Shown here one piece after another: positions 9,996-19,566 of a DNA stretch of 64,000 nucleotides. The DNA lies in contig JAVZYK010000001.1 in the NCBI GenBank assembly GCA_038886195.1, forward strand, positions 529,106 through 593,105. The letters run 5' to 3'. The stretch is from Candidatus Pacearchaeota archaeon. Lineage in GTDB: Archaea; Nanobdellota; Nanobdellia; Pacearchaeales; UBA284. Position 1 is the first letter of the stretch. Each line of letters starts with the position of its first letter. The translations under genes were made by a program, and so were the position numbers. Under the pieces are notes generated by a model. It was not told the origin of the DNA. It did no database searches and worked only from the letters and a program-made list of their open reading frames with translations.

Positions 9996-11009
9996 TTATT
10001 TAATATCGCTTAACTCTTTTATTAATTCGTCTGGTTCTAGTTCTTTAACAGAATCTATAATAAATTCATTTCTATCGAATAAGATGTTTTTGCGAGTTCT
10101 ACCAGTAAAAAGCCACTCGGTTCCTAAAAGTTCTGATTTTTTTTCTAAAAAAAATGAAGAGTCTTGCAATTTATCAAATTCAGTTTCTTCAATTTTTAGT
10201 AATTTATTTATATTTTCGCTAAATGCTAAAGACCTTATATTTTCTGTTCCATCATCTATGATTAAATTGAGCAGGGCTCTTTTGTTTGGAATAACCACGC
10301 CATGTCTTATGCATATGGCTTTATCGGCTTCGTAGCTTACTTTCATATTACATTCAGGACAAACTAAAAAGAAAGCTGGCTGAAATAACTGGACTATTGT
10401 GGCTCTAACAGAAGCTCTTTCATTTGTTTTTAATTCTGAAATTTTAGAAATTTTTAATTTTTCTTCATAATGAACTATTTTTTCTATTTTGGCATCACTT
10501 AAGGAAATTTCTGAATTTGAACTTAAATGGAGTTCTCTTGCTGTAGTGCCTCTAACATCAGCGTTTTTTATTTCTATTACAGAATCTTTGTTTATAGTTC
10601 CATTTTTTATTAATTCAATGTGCTTAGTGTCCCATAGTACAACTCTAATTGAAGAAGTGTCATCAGCAATAAGCATTGTAGCAATTTCTCCTTCATGTTC
10701 TCCTCTCCTGTATTTGCGAACAGGGTATATTTCAAGAACTTTTCCTACGACTTGGACTTTCTTCATGCCTATAAGCAGATCAATAATTTTGTATTTCTGT
10801 TTTTCAAAAGAAATTCCCAATTCTGCAGCTACAACTTGTATTGCGCCTTCATTGCTTATTAAACCGCTTAACTTGGCCTTTTTCGCTTCAACTTTTCTTA
10901 AAATTTCATCTTTAGTTAAACCACTAAGTTTTGCTACTTTTTCTACAAGCTGCTCAAAAGTTGCTTGAATCATTTTTCTAATTTTTTGTTTTTCAATAAA
11001 AATATTCAA
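9996..11009 (-). CDS. Replication protein A-like single-stranded DNA-binding protein (OB folds plus zinc ribbon)
   Basis: OB-fold pattern 'VQVVGKVLEIYPVRKYRRGEHEGEIATMLIADDTSSIRVVLWD', a second OB-like region, and C-terminal zinc ribbon 'CPECNMKV...CIRHG'. Confidence 0.65.
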   Translation of the reverse strand: MNIFIEKQKIRKMIQATFEQLVEKVAKLSGLTKDEILRKVEAKKAKLSGLISNEGAIQVVAAELGISFEKQKYKIIDLLIGMKKVQVVGKVLEIYPVRKYRRGEHEGEIATMLIADDTSSIRVVLWDTKHIELIKNGTINKDSVIEIKNADVRGTTARELHLSSNSEISLSDAKIEKIVHYEEKLKISKISELKTNERASVRATIVQLFQPAFFLVCPECNMKVSYEADKAICIRHGVVIPNKRALLNLIIDDGTENIRSLAFSENINKLLKIEETEFDKLQDSSFFLEKKSELLGTEWLFTGRTRKNILFDRNEFIIDSVKELEPDELIKELSDIK

Positions 11010-11067
11010 ATAAAAAATATTTTGAATTTTTAAAGTTTTATTTACTTCATTAATATTTTAAAATTAA

Positions 11068-11871
11068 TTATTCTAAAATAAATTCTAATTTAATCGGCTC
11101 AAATTTTATGTTGTTATTTTCTATAAAGAAAAAAGCTCTTTTTGTTTTAAGATTAAAAAAGTAATAATTGTTTTGTTTTTCAACTTTAACATTCCAATTT
11201 TCAAAATTTAAATTTTTGAAACAATCTTCATTTTCATTGCATTTTGATTTTTCTTCCATGATTTTATCATATATTTTTAAAAAATCATTAAGATATATTC
11301 CTTGTTCTTCAAGTTTAGTATTTATTGTTTGTTCTTTCGAAAGAATTATATCATAGTTAACAAAAATTCCTTTCTTTTCTATTTCAATAGTTGCCGGTTC
11401 ATTTTTTGATATTATGATATTTTCTTGCTCATTGAAAATGTGAGTGTAATTTTGCCTTAATTTTTCATTAGGGTATGATTTTATTAGAAAATCAAAACTT
11501 TTGTTAAATTCCTCTAGGAATGCTTTTTTGATGTATTCTGTTTCTGGTTTACATTCTAGATTCCAAATTGGTAAATGCGTTTCTGGTTCTATTTTGCAAG
11601 CTGATTTTTTTTCTACAGCGCCATTTTTTGCTATAATATGGAATGCTTGCGACGCCGCAAGCTTTTTTGTTTCTTCTATATATAAAGAAAATCTGTCTTG
11701 CTCATTGTAAATGCTTGTTAAAATTGGAAGCAATTCAATTTCTGTGGCTACATTTTTATTTGTTGTAGAAAATGCAAACCAGGCAGTAACTATAAAAATT
11801 ATCGTTGCTAAAACCATTCCTGCCGCAAAAATTCCAGCTTTTCTATTTTTCATTTTATTCTTTAATTTCAA
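11068..11871 (-). CDS. Membrane-anchored extracellular protein; possible pilin-like N-terminus
   Basis: 'MKLKNKMKNRKAG|IFAAGMVLATIIFIVTAWFAF': basic segment, small residue, then a hydrophobic helix, resembling a class III signal. Confidence 0.35.
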   Translation of the reverse strand: MKLKNKMKNRKAGIFAAGMVLATIIFIVTAWFAFSTTNKNVATEIELLPILTSIYNEQDRFSLYIEETKKLAASQAFHIIAKNGAVEKKSACKIEPETHLPIWNLECKPETEYIKKAFLEEFNKSFDFLIKSYPNEKLRQNYTHIFNEQENIIISKNEPATIEIEKKGIFVNYDIILSKEQTINTKLEEQGIYLNDFLKIYDKIMEEKSKCNENEDCFKNLNFENWNVKVEKQNNYYFFNLKTKRAFFFIENNNIKFEPIKLEFILE

Positions 11872-12352
11872 GATTTGCTATTATAGTTTCATTTGAAGGA
11901 ATATAAAAAAAAGAACCTTTGTATTTTAAGTAAGGTACGAAAATTATTGAAGGGCCGGCCAATGTTGGTTTAAATGTTAGTTTAGTTAAATCTTCTAGTT
12001 TCAATATATCGAATTTATAGTCATAAATATTAAAAGCTGAACTTTCTTGTTCTAAAATGGCTTTATAAGTAGAATTTATTTTTGAAAGTATTATTAGTTC
12101 TGCGATGGTTAAATTTTGTTCTTCGTTATTAAATATTATTGTTACTGGTTTTTGAAGCCAGGATTGTAACGACAAGTGTTCTTGATTATGAATTGATTGT
12201 TCTTCTGAAGATTTTTTAATTTCAGTTACAGCTCCTCCCCAAAACACTTTTGATAATACGAAAAATATTATTAAAAGAACAATTATTATGGCGGCTCCTA
12301 CAACATCTTGGAGAGCTTCTCCTATTTGCCCTTTCTTATTCGTTCTTTTCAT
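11855..12352 (-). CDS. Type IV pilin-like protein (class III signal peptide)
   Basis: 'MKRTNKKG|QIGEALQDVVGAAIIIVLLIIFFVL' closely resembles archaeal prepilin/archaellin signals (KKGQIG...). Confidence 0.55.
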   Translation of the reverse strand: MKRTNKKGQIGEALQDVVGAAIIIVLLIIFFVLSKVFWGGAVTEIKKSSEEQSIHNQEHLSLQSWLQKPVTIIFNNEEQNLTIAELIILSKINSTYKAILEQESSAFNIYDYKFDILKLEDLTKLTFKPTLAGPSIIFVPYLKYKGSFFYIPSNETIIANLEIKE

Positions 12353-12354
12353 TT

Positions 12355-12825
12355 TTATAGATTCTTTTCAGTTTTTCTTATTGCTATAAATATTTTTGCT
12401 GTTGAAAGTTTTTGTTGGTTTAAAACCAAATATTTTGTTTCTGAGCAACTAGGATATGTTTTTATGTTAACTTTTTTTTCTTTTGCTTCACATAGGGTGG
12501 CTAAAAAACTTTTTCCAGTTTCTATAGAATTATCATCAAGAGTTAATTTGATATATAATTCATTTTCATTTATTGGAATGCAGTCAGTTAAATTCTTAAT
12601 TTCTATGTTATTATTGATAATGCCTTTAGGAGCTATACATTCTATAATTTTTCTAGAAATTGCTGCTGTTTCTAGAGGTCTAACATCTAATTGTCTAGAA
12701 TAATGAGATATCACAATAGCTACTACTCCGCCTATTACCAATACAAGAAGAATAAATTTCCAAAGCCAACTAATTCCATGGCCTAGCTGCGCTTTCTTTT
12801 CTTTAAATATAAATTTTATTTTCAT
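12355..12825 (-). CDS. Membrane-anchored protein, possibly pilin-like
   Basis: 'KEKKAQLGHGISWLWKFILLVLVIGGVVAIV': basic stretch followed by a hydrophobic helix. Confidence 0.35.
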   Translation of the reverse strand: MKIKFIFKEKKAQLGHGISWLWKFILLVLVIGGVVAIVISHYSRQLDVRPLETAAISRKIIECIAPKGIINNNIEIKNLTDCIPINENELYIKLTLDDNSIETGKSFLATLCEAKEKKVNIKTYPSCSETKYLVLNQQKLSTAKIFIAIRKTEKNL

Positions 12826-13172
12826 TTTATTTCAATTACAGTTATATTGCCTTTTGATGTAAATATGACATTATCTTGCAAATAACAAGGATAAATATAA
12901 CCAGGATCGAAAGAACCTTCTCTAATTATGATGTCTGTTCTTTTTTTTTCTATTGAAATTTTTTTATCGTGTTCTATTATAATGTTTGTTCCAGCTCTTC
13001 CTTGCGCTTCCGTTATTGCAATACACAAATCTTTAGCCAGAATCTGTTTTTTTAATGCCTTGCCAGAAGCTTGACTGTTTATCCAAAAAACTACCATTAT
13101 TAGAATCATTATAATGAAAAACAAGTTAAAGAAAAATTGCCACCCTAATTCAAAACCTCTTTTATTAAACAT
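12822..13172 (-). CDS. Type IV pilin-like protein (class III signal peptide)
   Basis: 'MFNKRG|FELGWQFFFNLFFIIMILIMVV'; 116 aa. Confidence 0.5.
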   Translation of the reverse strand: MFNKRGFELGWQFFFNLFFIIMILIMVVFWINSQASGKALKKQILAKDLCIAITEAQGRAGTNIIIEHDKKISIEKKRTDIIIREGSFDPGYIYPCYLQDNVIFTSKGNITVIEIK

Positions 13173-13273
13173 TTTAATAAATTATAATAATTTTTATAAA
13201 GAAAAAGGATTAATAAATTTAGTGATTATGATAATATGGACGAGAATCTATTGAATAATTTTTAAATTAAAAA

Positions 13274-14224
13274 ATGTTAGACTATCGTATTGAAGTTGAA
13301 AATACAAAAAGCACGATAAACGAAATAAATAAAGAAGACTTTGAATTAACGTTCAAAATTAGTTTACCAAAACAAAACTATTTATCAAATATAAAAAAAT
13401 TTTTTGAGACGAGAAAAGAAAATAACCCTTTTTTGAAAAAAAGTTGCTCAGAGGAAATTAAAAAATATGAGAAATGTGTTGAAGAAAAATATTTTGAAGA
13501 AGTAAAAGATGTATTGTTGCAAAGATTAATTTTATCAGATTTTTATATTGAATTGAAAGAAGAATTTGATGAAGAAAAGAATGAAAAAAACCTTCTTGTC
13601 AATATAAAGAGAGAAAATTTTGATAGCTTCTTTAAGTTAAGTTTTTTAATGCCAAGAATAGAGACTAAAAAATCTATTTTTGGTTCTAGTATAAAAAAAG
13701 TTTCTTTACCAGATTTAATTTATTATTATACTCTTTCAGGAACTGGAGATCCTACGGCTGTTGATAAAATAAAAGACGAATATGCGAGAGAAGTTCCGAT
13801 TGCAAAAGAATTTAAAAATTATTTTATTAATGGAGAATGGATTAAAATTAAGGATGTTCAATTAACTGAAGAAAATTTCAAAATAGAAGTTGTTGGAAAA
13901 ATAATGTTTGAAATTTATTATTCGGAACAACTCAAACAAAAATCGCCAAATTTGTCTGATTTAAATGCTTTATTATTTGAAGAAAAAAAGCAGAGCTTGC
14001 TAACAAAACTTGCTTTTGATAATAATTTGTCGCATAAAGTTGAAATAAGAAAAAATGAAATGGAAACGATCGTTAAAAGTAGAAATAAGGATTTTGAAGC
14101 AAAAATTATTTTAGCTCCTAATGCCGATTTTCTACCATTGTTTTTAAGTTTTTATTATTCTATCCATGGTAATGGTAAAAATTTTCATACTTTTTTAAAA
14201 GAGTATTGGCCATCGACAGAATAA
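13274..14224 (+). CDS. Hypothetical protein
   Basis: 316 aa, no TM segment, no recognised motif. Lies inside the pilin-like cluster. Confidence 0.4.
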   Translation: MLDYRIEVENTKSTINEINKEDFELTFKISLPKQNYLSNIKKFFETRKENNPFLKKSCSEEIKKYEKCVEEKYFEEVKDVLLQRLILSDFYIELKEEFDEEKNEKNLLVNIKRENFDSFFKLSFLMPRIETKKSIFGSSIKKVSLPDLIYYYTLSGTGDPTAVDKIKDEYAREVPIAKEFKNYFINGEWIKIKDVQLTEENFKIEVVGKIMFEIYYSEQLKQKSPNLSDLNALLFEEKKQSLLTKLAFDNNLSHKVEIRKNEMETIVKSRNKDFEAKIILAPNADFLPLFLSFYYSIHGNGKNFHTFLKEYWPSTE

Positions 14225-15027
14225 AAATGCCTCTAAAGAGAACATTTTATAAATACGGAAGTAATAAAATAAATAAAATACAATTAAAGCAAGAATCAAA
14301 AAATCACAAAATAAAAAATTTTTTATTAACTGCTTTTGCTTTTTGTACTATTGGAGTTGTTGCTTATTTGGCGTGGCCGAAAACTAAAGCTAGCGAAGGC
14401 GCTTTTGAAAAAAACAAAATTAATAAAGAAAAGCTTGAACAACAATATGTTTATAAAAAATCGAAAAGAGCTCCTCTAGAAATAAGAATAGATGAAATTA
14501 CATTTAATAATAGTTTACAAAGAAGATATTTAACGACTAGAACTTTAGAAGATGCGGTTATTAAACTAGAAATAGAAGCAACATTTCCTTCTGATGCATA
14601 TGTGTATAGCGATTTTAAAAGTATAAGTGAGCCAAGTTCGAGTGAAATTGAATATATGAGAAATTATTTTATTAATCGTTTTACGCAAAAATTTTCTGAG
14701 GAAGTTCCTTTTTTTATGATTGATTTTTATGTTAATGGCAATAAAGTTCATGAAGAAATAAAATTAAATTTTCCGAACATAGCGGAAAGATCGATATCTT
14801 CTTATCCTAAAGAAATTAAAATAAGAAATAAAAATTTTATTTTAACATGCAATGTAGGAGGAACAATAAATAGAAATATTTATGGAACTGTAGAAACAAA
14901 AATTAGAGAAAGACATTATAATGGCCTAGGAACTTATACTACTTTTTATTATTATGATGTTAAGGGCTACATATTTATAACAAAAAGTTGGCTTAAAGAC
15001 GTGTATATTAGAAAAGAACGTGATTAG
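14206..15027 (+). CDS. Hypothetical membrane-anchored protein
   Basis: Single TM 'FLLTAFAFCTIGVVAYLAW' after a basic N-terminus. Confidence 0.4.
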   Translation: MAIDRIKMPLKRTFYKYGSNKINKIQLKQESKNHKIKNFLLTAFAFCTIGVVAYLAWPKTKASEGAFEKNKINKEKLEQQYVYKKSKRAPLEIRIDEITFNNSLQRRYLTTRTLEDAVIKLEIEATFPSDAYVYSDFKSISEPSSSEIEYMRNYFINRFTQKFSEEVPFFMIDFYVNGNKVHEEIKLNFPNIAERSISSYPKEIKIRNKNFILTCNVGGTINRNIYGTVETKIRERHYNGLGTYTTFYYYDVKGYIFITKSWLKDVYIRKERD

Positions 15028-15039
15028 CAGCCAAATGCA

Positions 15040-15942
15040 TTAAGGAATGCTTTCTATGTTTTGACAATTGGCAACTACGTCTTGAGCAGTTAGTGGAGTT
15101 AAAATTATAGCATTACAACCTTTGCGTTCACCTTCACAATGTACTGCAGCAGCATGTCCTGAAGTTAAAAAAGTAATTACATGTCCTGCCGCTTCTGCGG
15201 TCGCCATAATCCATCCAATAACTGGAATTAATTTTACTGCTGATTTTACTCCTATTTTAGTTAAACCTTTAGCTAAAAGACGAGGAACAAAAAAAGCACT
15301 TGTTCCACCCAATCCTATATAATTTTTAATTTCTTCTCCTAAATCTTCTCCCTTTATAGACATAAAGATTATTGCATAATCTTGATTTGTATCTAATTTT
15401 TCTATTTTAATTTCTGTTGGAAGTTCTGCTTTTTCTTCTTGACTAAAATATTCTAAATAAGTTAAATTTTTTGATGGAATTTTTGTTCGTTCAAGAAAAC
15501 TTAACAAATCGATTTGTTTTCTTTTAGCCTTTTCATCAAATCTAATTATTGAGCATATAATACAATTTGCTTTTGCAGTTCCCTTTCCTGGAACCCCCCA
15601 CTCACGCCAACCGCTTTCCGAGAAAAACTGCATTTTGCCTTCACCCAGCATCCACCAGCAATCATACATAGCATTTGCTATTTCTCTTTTAATGAAATCT
15701 TCATTAGTGGAACTAATTGTTATTTCTTGAGTTTTACAGTTTAAAGGAATTGTTTCTGGAAGCATTCCTTCTCCTCTTAAAATTGCATTATTTCTTAAAA
15801 TTACAGAATTTCTACAAGCTTCTTTATCAACAGTTTCTTTATAAGGTAGTGCTTTTAGGAAAAAGAAAATTATTGCAGCAATTAGGAGAACTATGATTAT
15901 GCCTATTAACATTGATTGAACTGTTACGCCTCTTTTATTCAT
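15040..15942 (-). CDS. Pilin-like secreted protein, Cys-containing
   Basis: 'MNKRG|VTVQSMLIGIIIVLLIAAIIFFFL' class III-like signal. The 300-aa body has 8 Cys. Confidence 0.45.
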   Translation of the reverse strand: MNKRGVTVQSMLIGIIIVLLIAAIIFFFLKALPYKETVDKEACRNSVILRNNAILRGEGMLPETIPLNCKTQEITISSTNEDFIKREIANAMYDCWWMLGEGKMQFFSESGWREWGVPGKGTAKANCIICSIIRFDEKAKRKQIDLLSFLERTKIPSKNLTYLEYFSQEEKAELPTEIKIEKLDTNQDYAIIFMSIKGEDLGEEIKNYIGLGGTSAFFVPRLLAKGLTKIGVKSAVKLIPVIGWIMATAEAAGHVITFLTSGHAAAVHCEGERKGCNAIILTPLTAQDVVANCQNIESIP

Positions 15943-15999
15943 AAATTTTATAAATAAAAAAGGATTAATAAATTTAATGATAATTTAACTGAATAAAAA

Positions 16000-16668
16000 A
16001 TGGGGAAAATTGGTTGTTTTAGTTTATTGACTTTAATAGCTGGTGGCATTTTGGCTGCAAGTTATTGGATAGGAATTTTACAAGATTTAAAATATGAAAT
16101 TATTTTGCCTTCTAGAGGACGTTTAGCTAAGCGCAAAATAGAAAGCAAACTTAATGCAGACTGTTTCGAAAGATATTGGGAATATGGAAAAACTTATTGT
16201 GAAGGAGGCAAAGTCAGCGGAAACTATTATTTTATTTATTTTAAAAAAAATCCTGATTTTTTAGAACCTTTTTTTGGAAAATTTAATATCATTGATATCA
16301 AATTTCCTAAAGCCAATACTCTTGATGAGGCATTTATGTATGTTTCAGATATGTTGTCTAACAAGATTTTGGGTATTGAAAGAAGAATTTCAGAAGAGAA
16401 ATTATCCGTTTTAGAAAAAGAGATTAGAAACTCTGGAATTACTCCAGAAATCGAAACAGAATTGTTTAAAATTTTTAATCCATTTTTGGGAGAAGAAAAA
16501 ACAAGAAGAATTATTGATATCGCCACTGATGAAAATTTATCTGCAGAAGAAGCGACAAAGAGATTTATAGATGAAGTTCCAACTAATTTAAGTTCAGAAG
16601 AAGAAAAATTTGTCAAAGACGTTGTGAAAAAAATATTAGAACATCCTAAAGTAAAAGAAAATTATTAA
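16000..16668 (+). CDS. Hypothetical membrane-anchored protein
   Basis: N-terminal TM 'FSLLTLIAGGILAASYWIGIL'; 222 aa. Confidence 0.4.
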   Translation: MGKIGCFSLLTLIAGGILAASYWIGILQDLKYEIILPSRGRLAKRKIESKLNADCFERYWEYGKTYCEGGKVSGNYYFIYFKKNPDFLEPFFGKFNIIDIKFPKANTLDEAFMYVSDMLSNKILGIERRISEEKLSVLEKEIRNSGITPEIETELFKIFNPFLGEEKTRRIIDIATDENLSAEEATKRFIDEVPTNLSSEEEKFVKDVVKKILEHPKVKENY

Positions 16669-17003
16669 ATTCTATAACGATATTTTAGTTTGCTCTTCAT
16701 AATGGGATGCGAGACTAATGGAATTCCTGAGAAGTCAAAAGCGCTATTGGAATAGGCAATAGGCTATTTAAGCTATACTGAGGCTTTATGATAAAAAAAA
16801 GCAATCTTTATAAGCGGCATTGTTACAGGTGCTGAAGGAAGATTATTGAGTAATACAAATTTACAGATACTCTCGTTGTTAGAGAAGAAGATGGAAAATT
16901 ATATTATTCCAAAACGTTTAAGTAAAAATAAAATTGCAGATCCGATTAAAACGAAAAGTAAAATTATTATTATCAGTTTAACAAGAGTTTGAGTTTCCAT
17001 TTT

Positions 17004-18116
17004 CTATGAAATAGCGGCCTTCACTTTTTGAAGATAATCTAAACCTTTGAAAGATTTGCAATTTTCAACTTCTAAAGGAACACAATACTTTTCAACCATA
17101 GAGGGACCTGTATTGTAAGCCATCACTCCTAACTCCCAATCTTTAAATTTATCTATCATTGAAATCAAATGTCTTGTGCCGACATCAATATTCTTTGCTT
17201 CATCAAAACGTTCATCCAAAGCAATAAGTTCTTCTTTTGTTTTTGTATTTTTTAAATTTTTCAATTCTGTAACATAATCAGTTTTTAAATAGTTTAAAAT
17301 TTCGTCACTCCATCTTGCTTCTAGAGGGGTGTTTTTTATCTTATCATTTGGATCATAAATTTTTAATCCAAAATCTAAAGCGACTTGAGGCATTAATTGC
17401 ATCAATCCAACTTCACCAGTTGTGCCAATAGCATTCCAAGAACCTTGAGATTCAATTGTAATGATTGCTTTAATTAATTTTTCAAATTCTTGTTCATTGG
17501 CTATGTAGTTTTTATCTTTAATTTGAGGATAGTATTTTTTTACTATTTCGGTTATAATAGAGTTATAATTTTTTTCAATTATTTGATTAGTCTGTTTTAA
17601 TTGAAGTTGAATTTCTGCTTTTTCTTCTTCTGTTAAAGATATTGGAATGGTTGGTTTTATTTTGCTTACATTGTAGTATTCTTTCATATTGGTTAACCAT
17701 ATCTCGCTAATTTGAATTTGTATTATAGCAAGCTCATTATCTTTTTTTAAAGGCAATTTTATTGTTTGGCAAATTTTACATTCTTTTTTTTCACAAATGC
17801 AAAGAATGTTTTGCTGAAAATATTTAGAAGGTTTGATATAGTCTTTGTTTTTGTTGTGTTGAGTATCGAAAGCAACTATATGCCAACCTATTGGAGCATA
17901 AAGAAAATAATTTTTAGATTCAGCTTCTGTTAAGTTATTTAAAATTTGAGTTAGTCTATCTAAAGTGCCTTTTGCTTGCATTTCTTTTTGTTTGCCAAAA
18001 TAAGTTGCGAAAAGCCTTTGAGCAGCAAAAATTAAAATGATTATTATCATTATAGCAAGAATTATTTCTAAAATTTGTTTTAAACCCCATTCGTCACCTT
18101 TTTTGTTAATATTCAT
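17004..18116 (-). CDS. Lytic transglycosylase (SLT/GH23 domain) with pilin-like class III signal peptide
   Basis: N-terminus 'MNINKKG|DEWGLKQILEIILAIMIIIILIF'. The C-terminal domain 'IESQGSWNAIGTTGEVGLMQLMPQVA ... VMAYNTGPSMV' matches the SLT catalytic-region motifs (E-S ... GLMQ ... AYN.G). Confidence 0.7.
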   Translation of the reverse strand: MNINKKGDEWGLKQILEIILAIMIIIILIFAAQRLFATYFGKQKEMQAKGTLDRLTQILNNLTEAESKNYFLYAPIGWHIVAFDTQHNKNKDYIKPSKYFQQNILCICEKKECKICQTIKLPLKKDNELAIIQIQISEIWLTNMKEYYNVSKIKPTIPISLTEEEKAEIQLQLKQTNQIIEKNYNSIITEIVKKYYPQIKDKNYIANEQEFEKLIKAIITIESQGSWNAIGTTGEVGLMQLMPQVALDFGLKIYDPNDKIKNTPLEARWSDEILNYLKTDYVTELKNLKNTKTKEELIALDERFDEAKNIDVGTRHLISMIDKFKDWELGVMAYNTGPSMVEKYCVPLEVENCKSFKGLDYLQKVKAAIS

Positions 18117-18152
18117 AAATAGAGTAAAGAAATATAATATTTAAAATTTTGT

Positions 18153-18332
18153 TTAAGGTTTAATTTGGGTTTCATTCCATAAGCCAAATGTAATTTTTAT
18201 TCTAGTCATTAAATTTGCAATAACTTCTTTCATTGTTCCAGAAAAAATTAATAGAATTACAATTAGAGCCACTAAAGCTAAAATTATAATTATGATTGTA
18301 TTGATAGAGAGTTCTGCGGCCTTTTTGTTCAT
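18153..18332 (-). CDS. Small type IV pilin-like protein
   Basis: From the internal Met: 'MNKKA|AELSINTIIIIILALVALIVILLIF'. Paralogous to the N-terminus of the 18338..18721 product. The track ORF extends to 18371 but would then overlap the upstream gene. Confidence 0.45.
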   Translation of the reverse strand: MNKKAAELSINTIIIIILALVALIVILLIFSGTMKEVIANLMTRIKITFGLWNETQIKP

Positions 18333-18337
18333 CTTTT

Positions 18338-18721
18338 TTATTCTGAAGGAGGATAACCAAGCTCTTCGCACCTTTCTCTCGTAGCTATCGTTATTTCCTT
18401 ATTTGTGGCAGGGTCGATGTATTTTAGTTTCGCTTCTATTGGCTTTTCGAAACAGTAAAAGTAATCTGTAGTTTTGTTTACTGTATTGTAAAGAGGTTGT
18501 TTTACTTGACAAAAAGTTTCTATTGTTGCTTGGGAACAATAGTCTTTTACAATTCTAATTCTATCACCACCATAAACTTGATAAGCTGTTTTTATGCTTC
18601 CAAAAAGATTTTGTAAGCCTCCAGTAAACCACAATACTAAAACTACGAGCACTACTATGGCTAAAATTATTATAATCACTGTTGTAACATTTATTTCTAC
18701 GGCTTTTTTATTTATTTTCAT
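18338..18721 (-). CDS. Type IV pilin-like protein (class III signal peptide)
   Basis: 'MKINKKA|VEINVTTVIIIILAIVVLVVLVLWF'; 127 aa. Confidence 0.5.
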   Translation of the reverse strand: MKINKKAVEINVTTVIIIILAIVVLVVLVLWFTGGLQNLFGSIKTAYQVYGGDRIRIVKDYCSQATIETFCQVKQPLYNTVNKTTDYFYCFEKPIEAKLKYIDPATNKEITIATRERCEELGYPPSE

Positions 18722-18787
18722 TTTTCCTCTTTTATCTTTTTTATTTAATTTTATAAAGCAAGATTGTTTTTAAAACTTTCTAACTAT

Positions 18788-19357
18788 TTAACTGCCGCAC
18801 ATTCTAATGTCAACCTCGGTTGTCGGTTTATTTGAAATTAAAAAGTAGAGGGCATCTTCTTTTTTGTAAACTAAATTGCTAACAACATAATATTTATTTT
18901 TTTCAACTCCTGTTTGCAAAAATAATGGAGGTTCGGTTTTCCAGTCTATAGTTTTTGTCGGTACTAAATGTAGTGGCTTGTTCGTTTCTATTATTTGTGC
19001 TTTTGTTAATAAATTATCTATTGTAGCGTTTTTGTGAATTTTTTTATCATAAGTTAATTCTAAAATAGTTGATTTTCCTACAGTTCTAATTACTAGTTTA
19101 TAATTTTTTGCAAAAGTGGCAGGCCAAGAAGGAAAAACTTCGCAGACGCAATCGTTTTCTTTTAATGAATTACATCTTTCTATATTTTCTACCATTATGT
19201 CAAAATTACTTTTACTTGCTTCTTCTGCTTCTTTTGGTAAACTTGCAATTAAGCCAATACCTTTTAGAAGCTCTTTTCCTGGGCCAAAGAATAAAATATA
19301 AATTACGACAAGAATTATAACTAGTCCTAAAATCCATTTTATGATTGTCCAAATCAT
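18788..19357 (-). CDS. Membrane-anchored extracellular protein
   Basis: N-terminal TM 'IIKWILGLVIILVVIYILFF'; 189 aa. Confidence 0.4.
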   Translation of the reverse strand: MIWTIIKWILGLVIILVVIYILFFGPGKELLKGIGLIASLPKEAEEASKSNFDIMVENIERCNSLKENDCVCEVFPSWPATFAKNYKLVIRTVGKSTILELTYDKKIHKNATIDNLLTKAQIIETNKPLHLVPTKTIDWKTEPPLFLQTGVEKNKYYVVSNLVYKKEDALYFLISNKPTTEVDIRMCGS

Positions 19358-19566
19358 TTTAAGCTATCTTCCAAATCTTATAAAGTCTTTTATCCATTCA
19401 ATTAAATTAGAGCCCTGTTTTTTTAACAAAATTGCTAGAGCAAATAAAAAGGCAAGAACTATTATGGCAATTATCCAAGCAACAACTTCCCATTCAATGC
19501 CTCTTTTCATGCAAATATGTTTCATAAAACAACAATGTTTTTTAACTTTAAAAATTTAATTAGATC

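Noticed and set aside
16669-17003. Possible SRP (7S) RNA in the long intergenic gap. A 'CAGGUGCUGAAGGAAG' stretch faintly resembles the helix-8 region.
   Set aside because: Archaeal SRP RNAs are ~300 nt, strongly GC-rich and highly structured. This gap is only modestly GC-enriched and I could not fold convincing Alu or S domains by eye. It is kept only as a generic ncRNA candidate.
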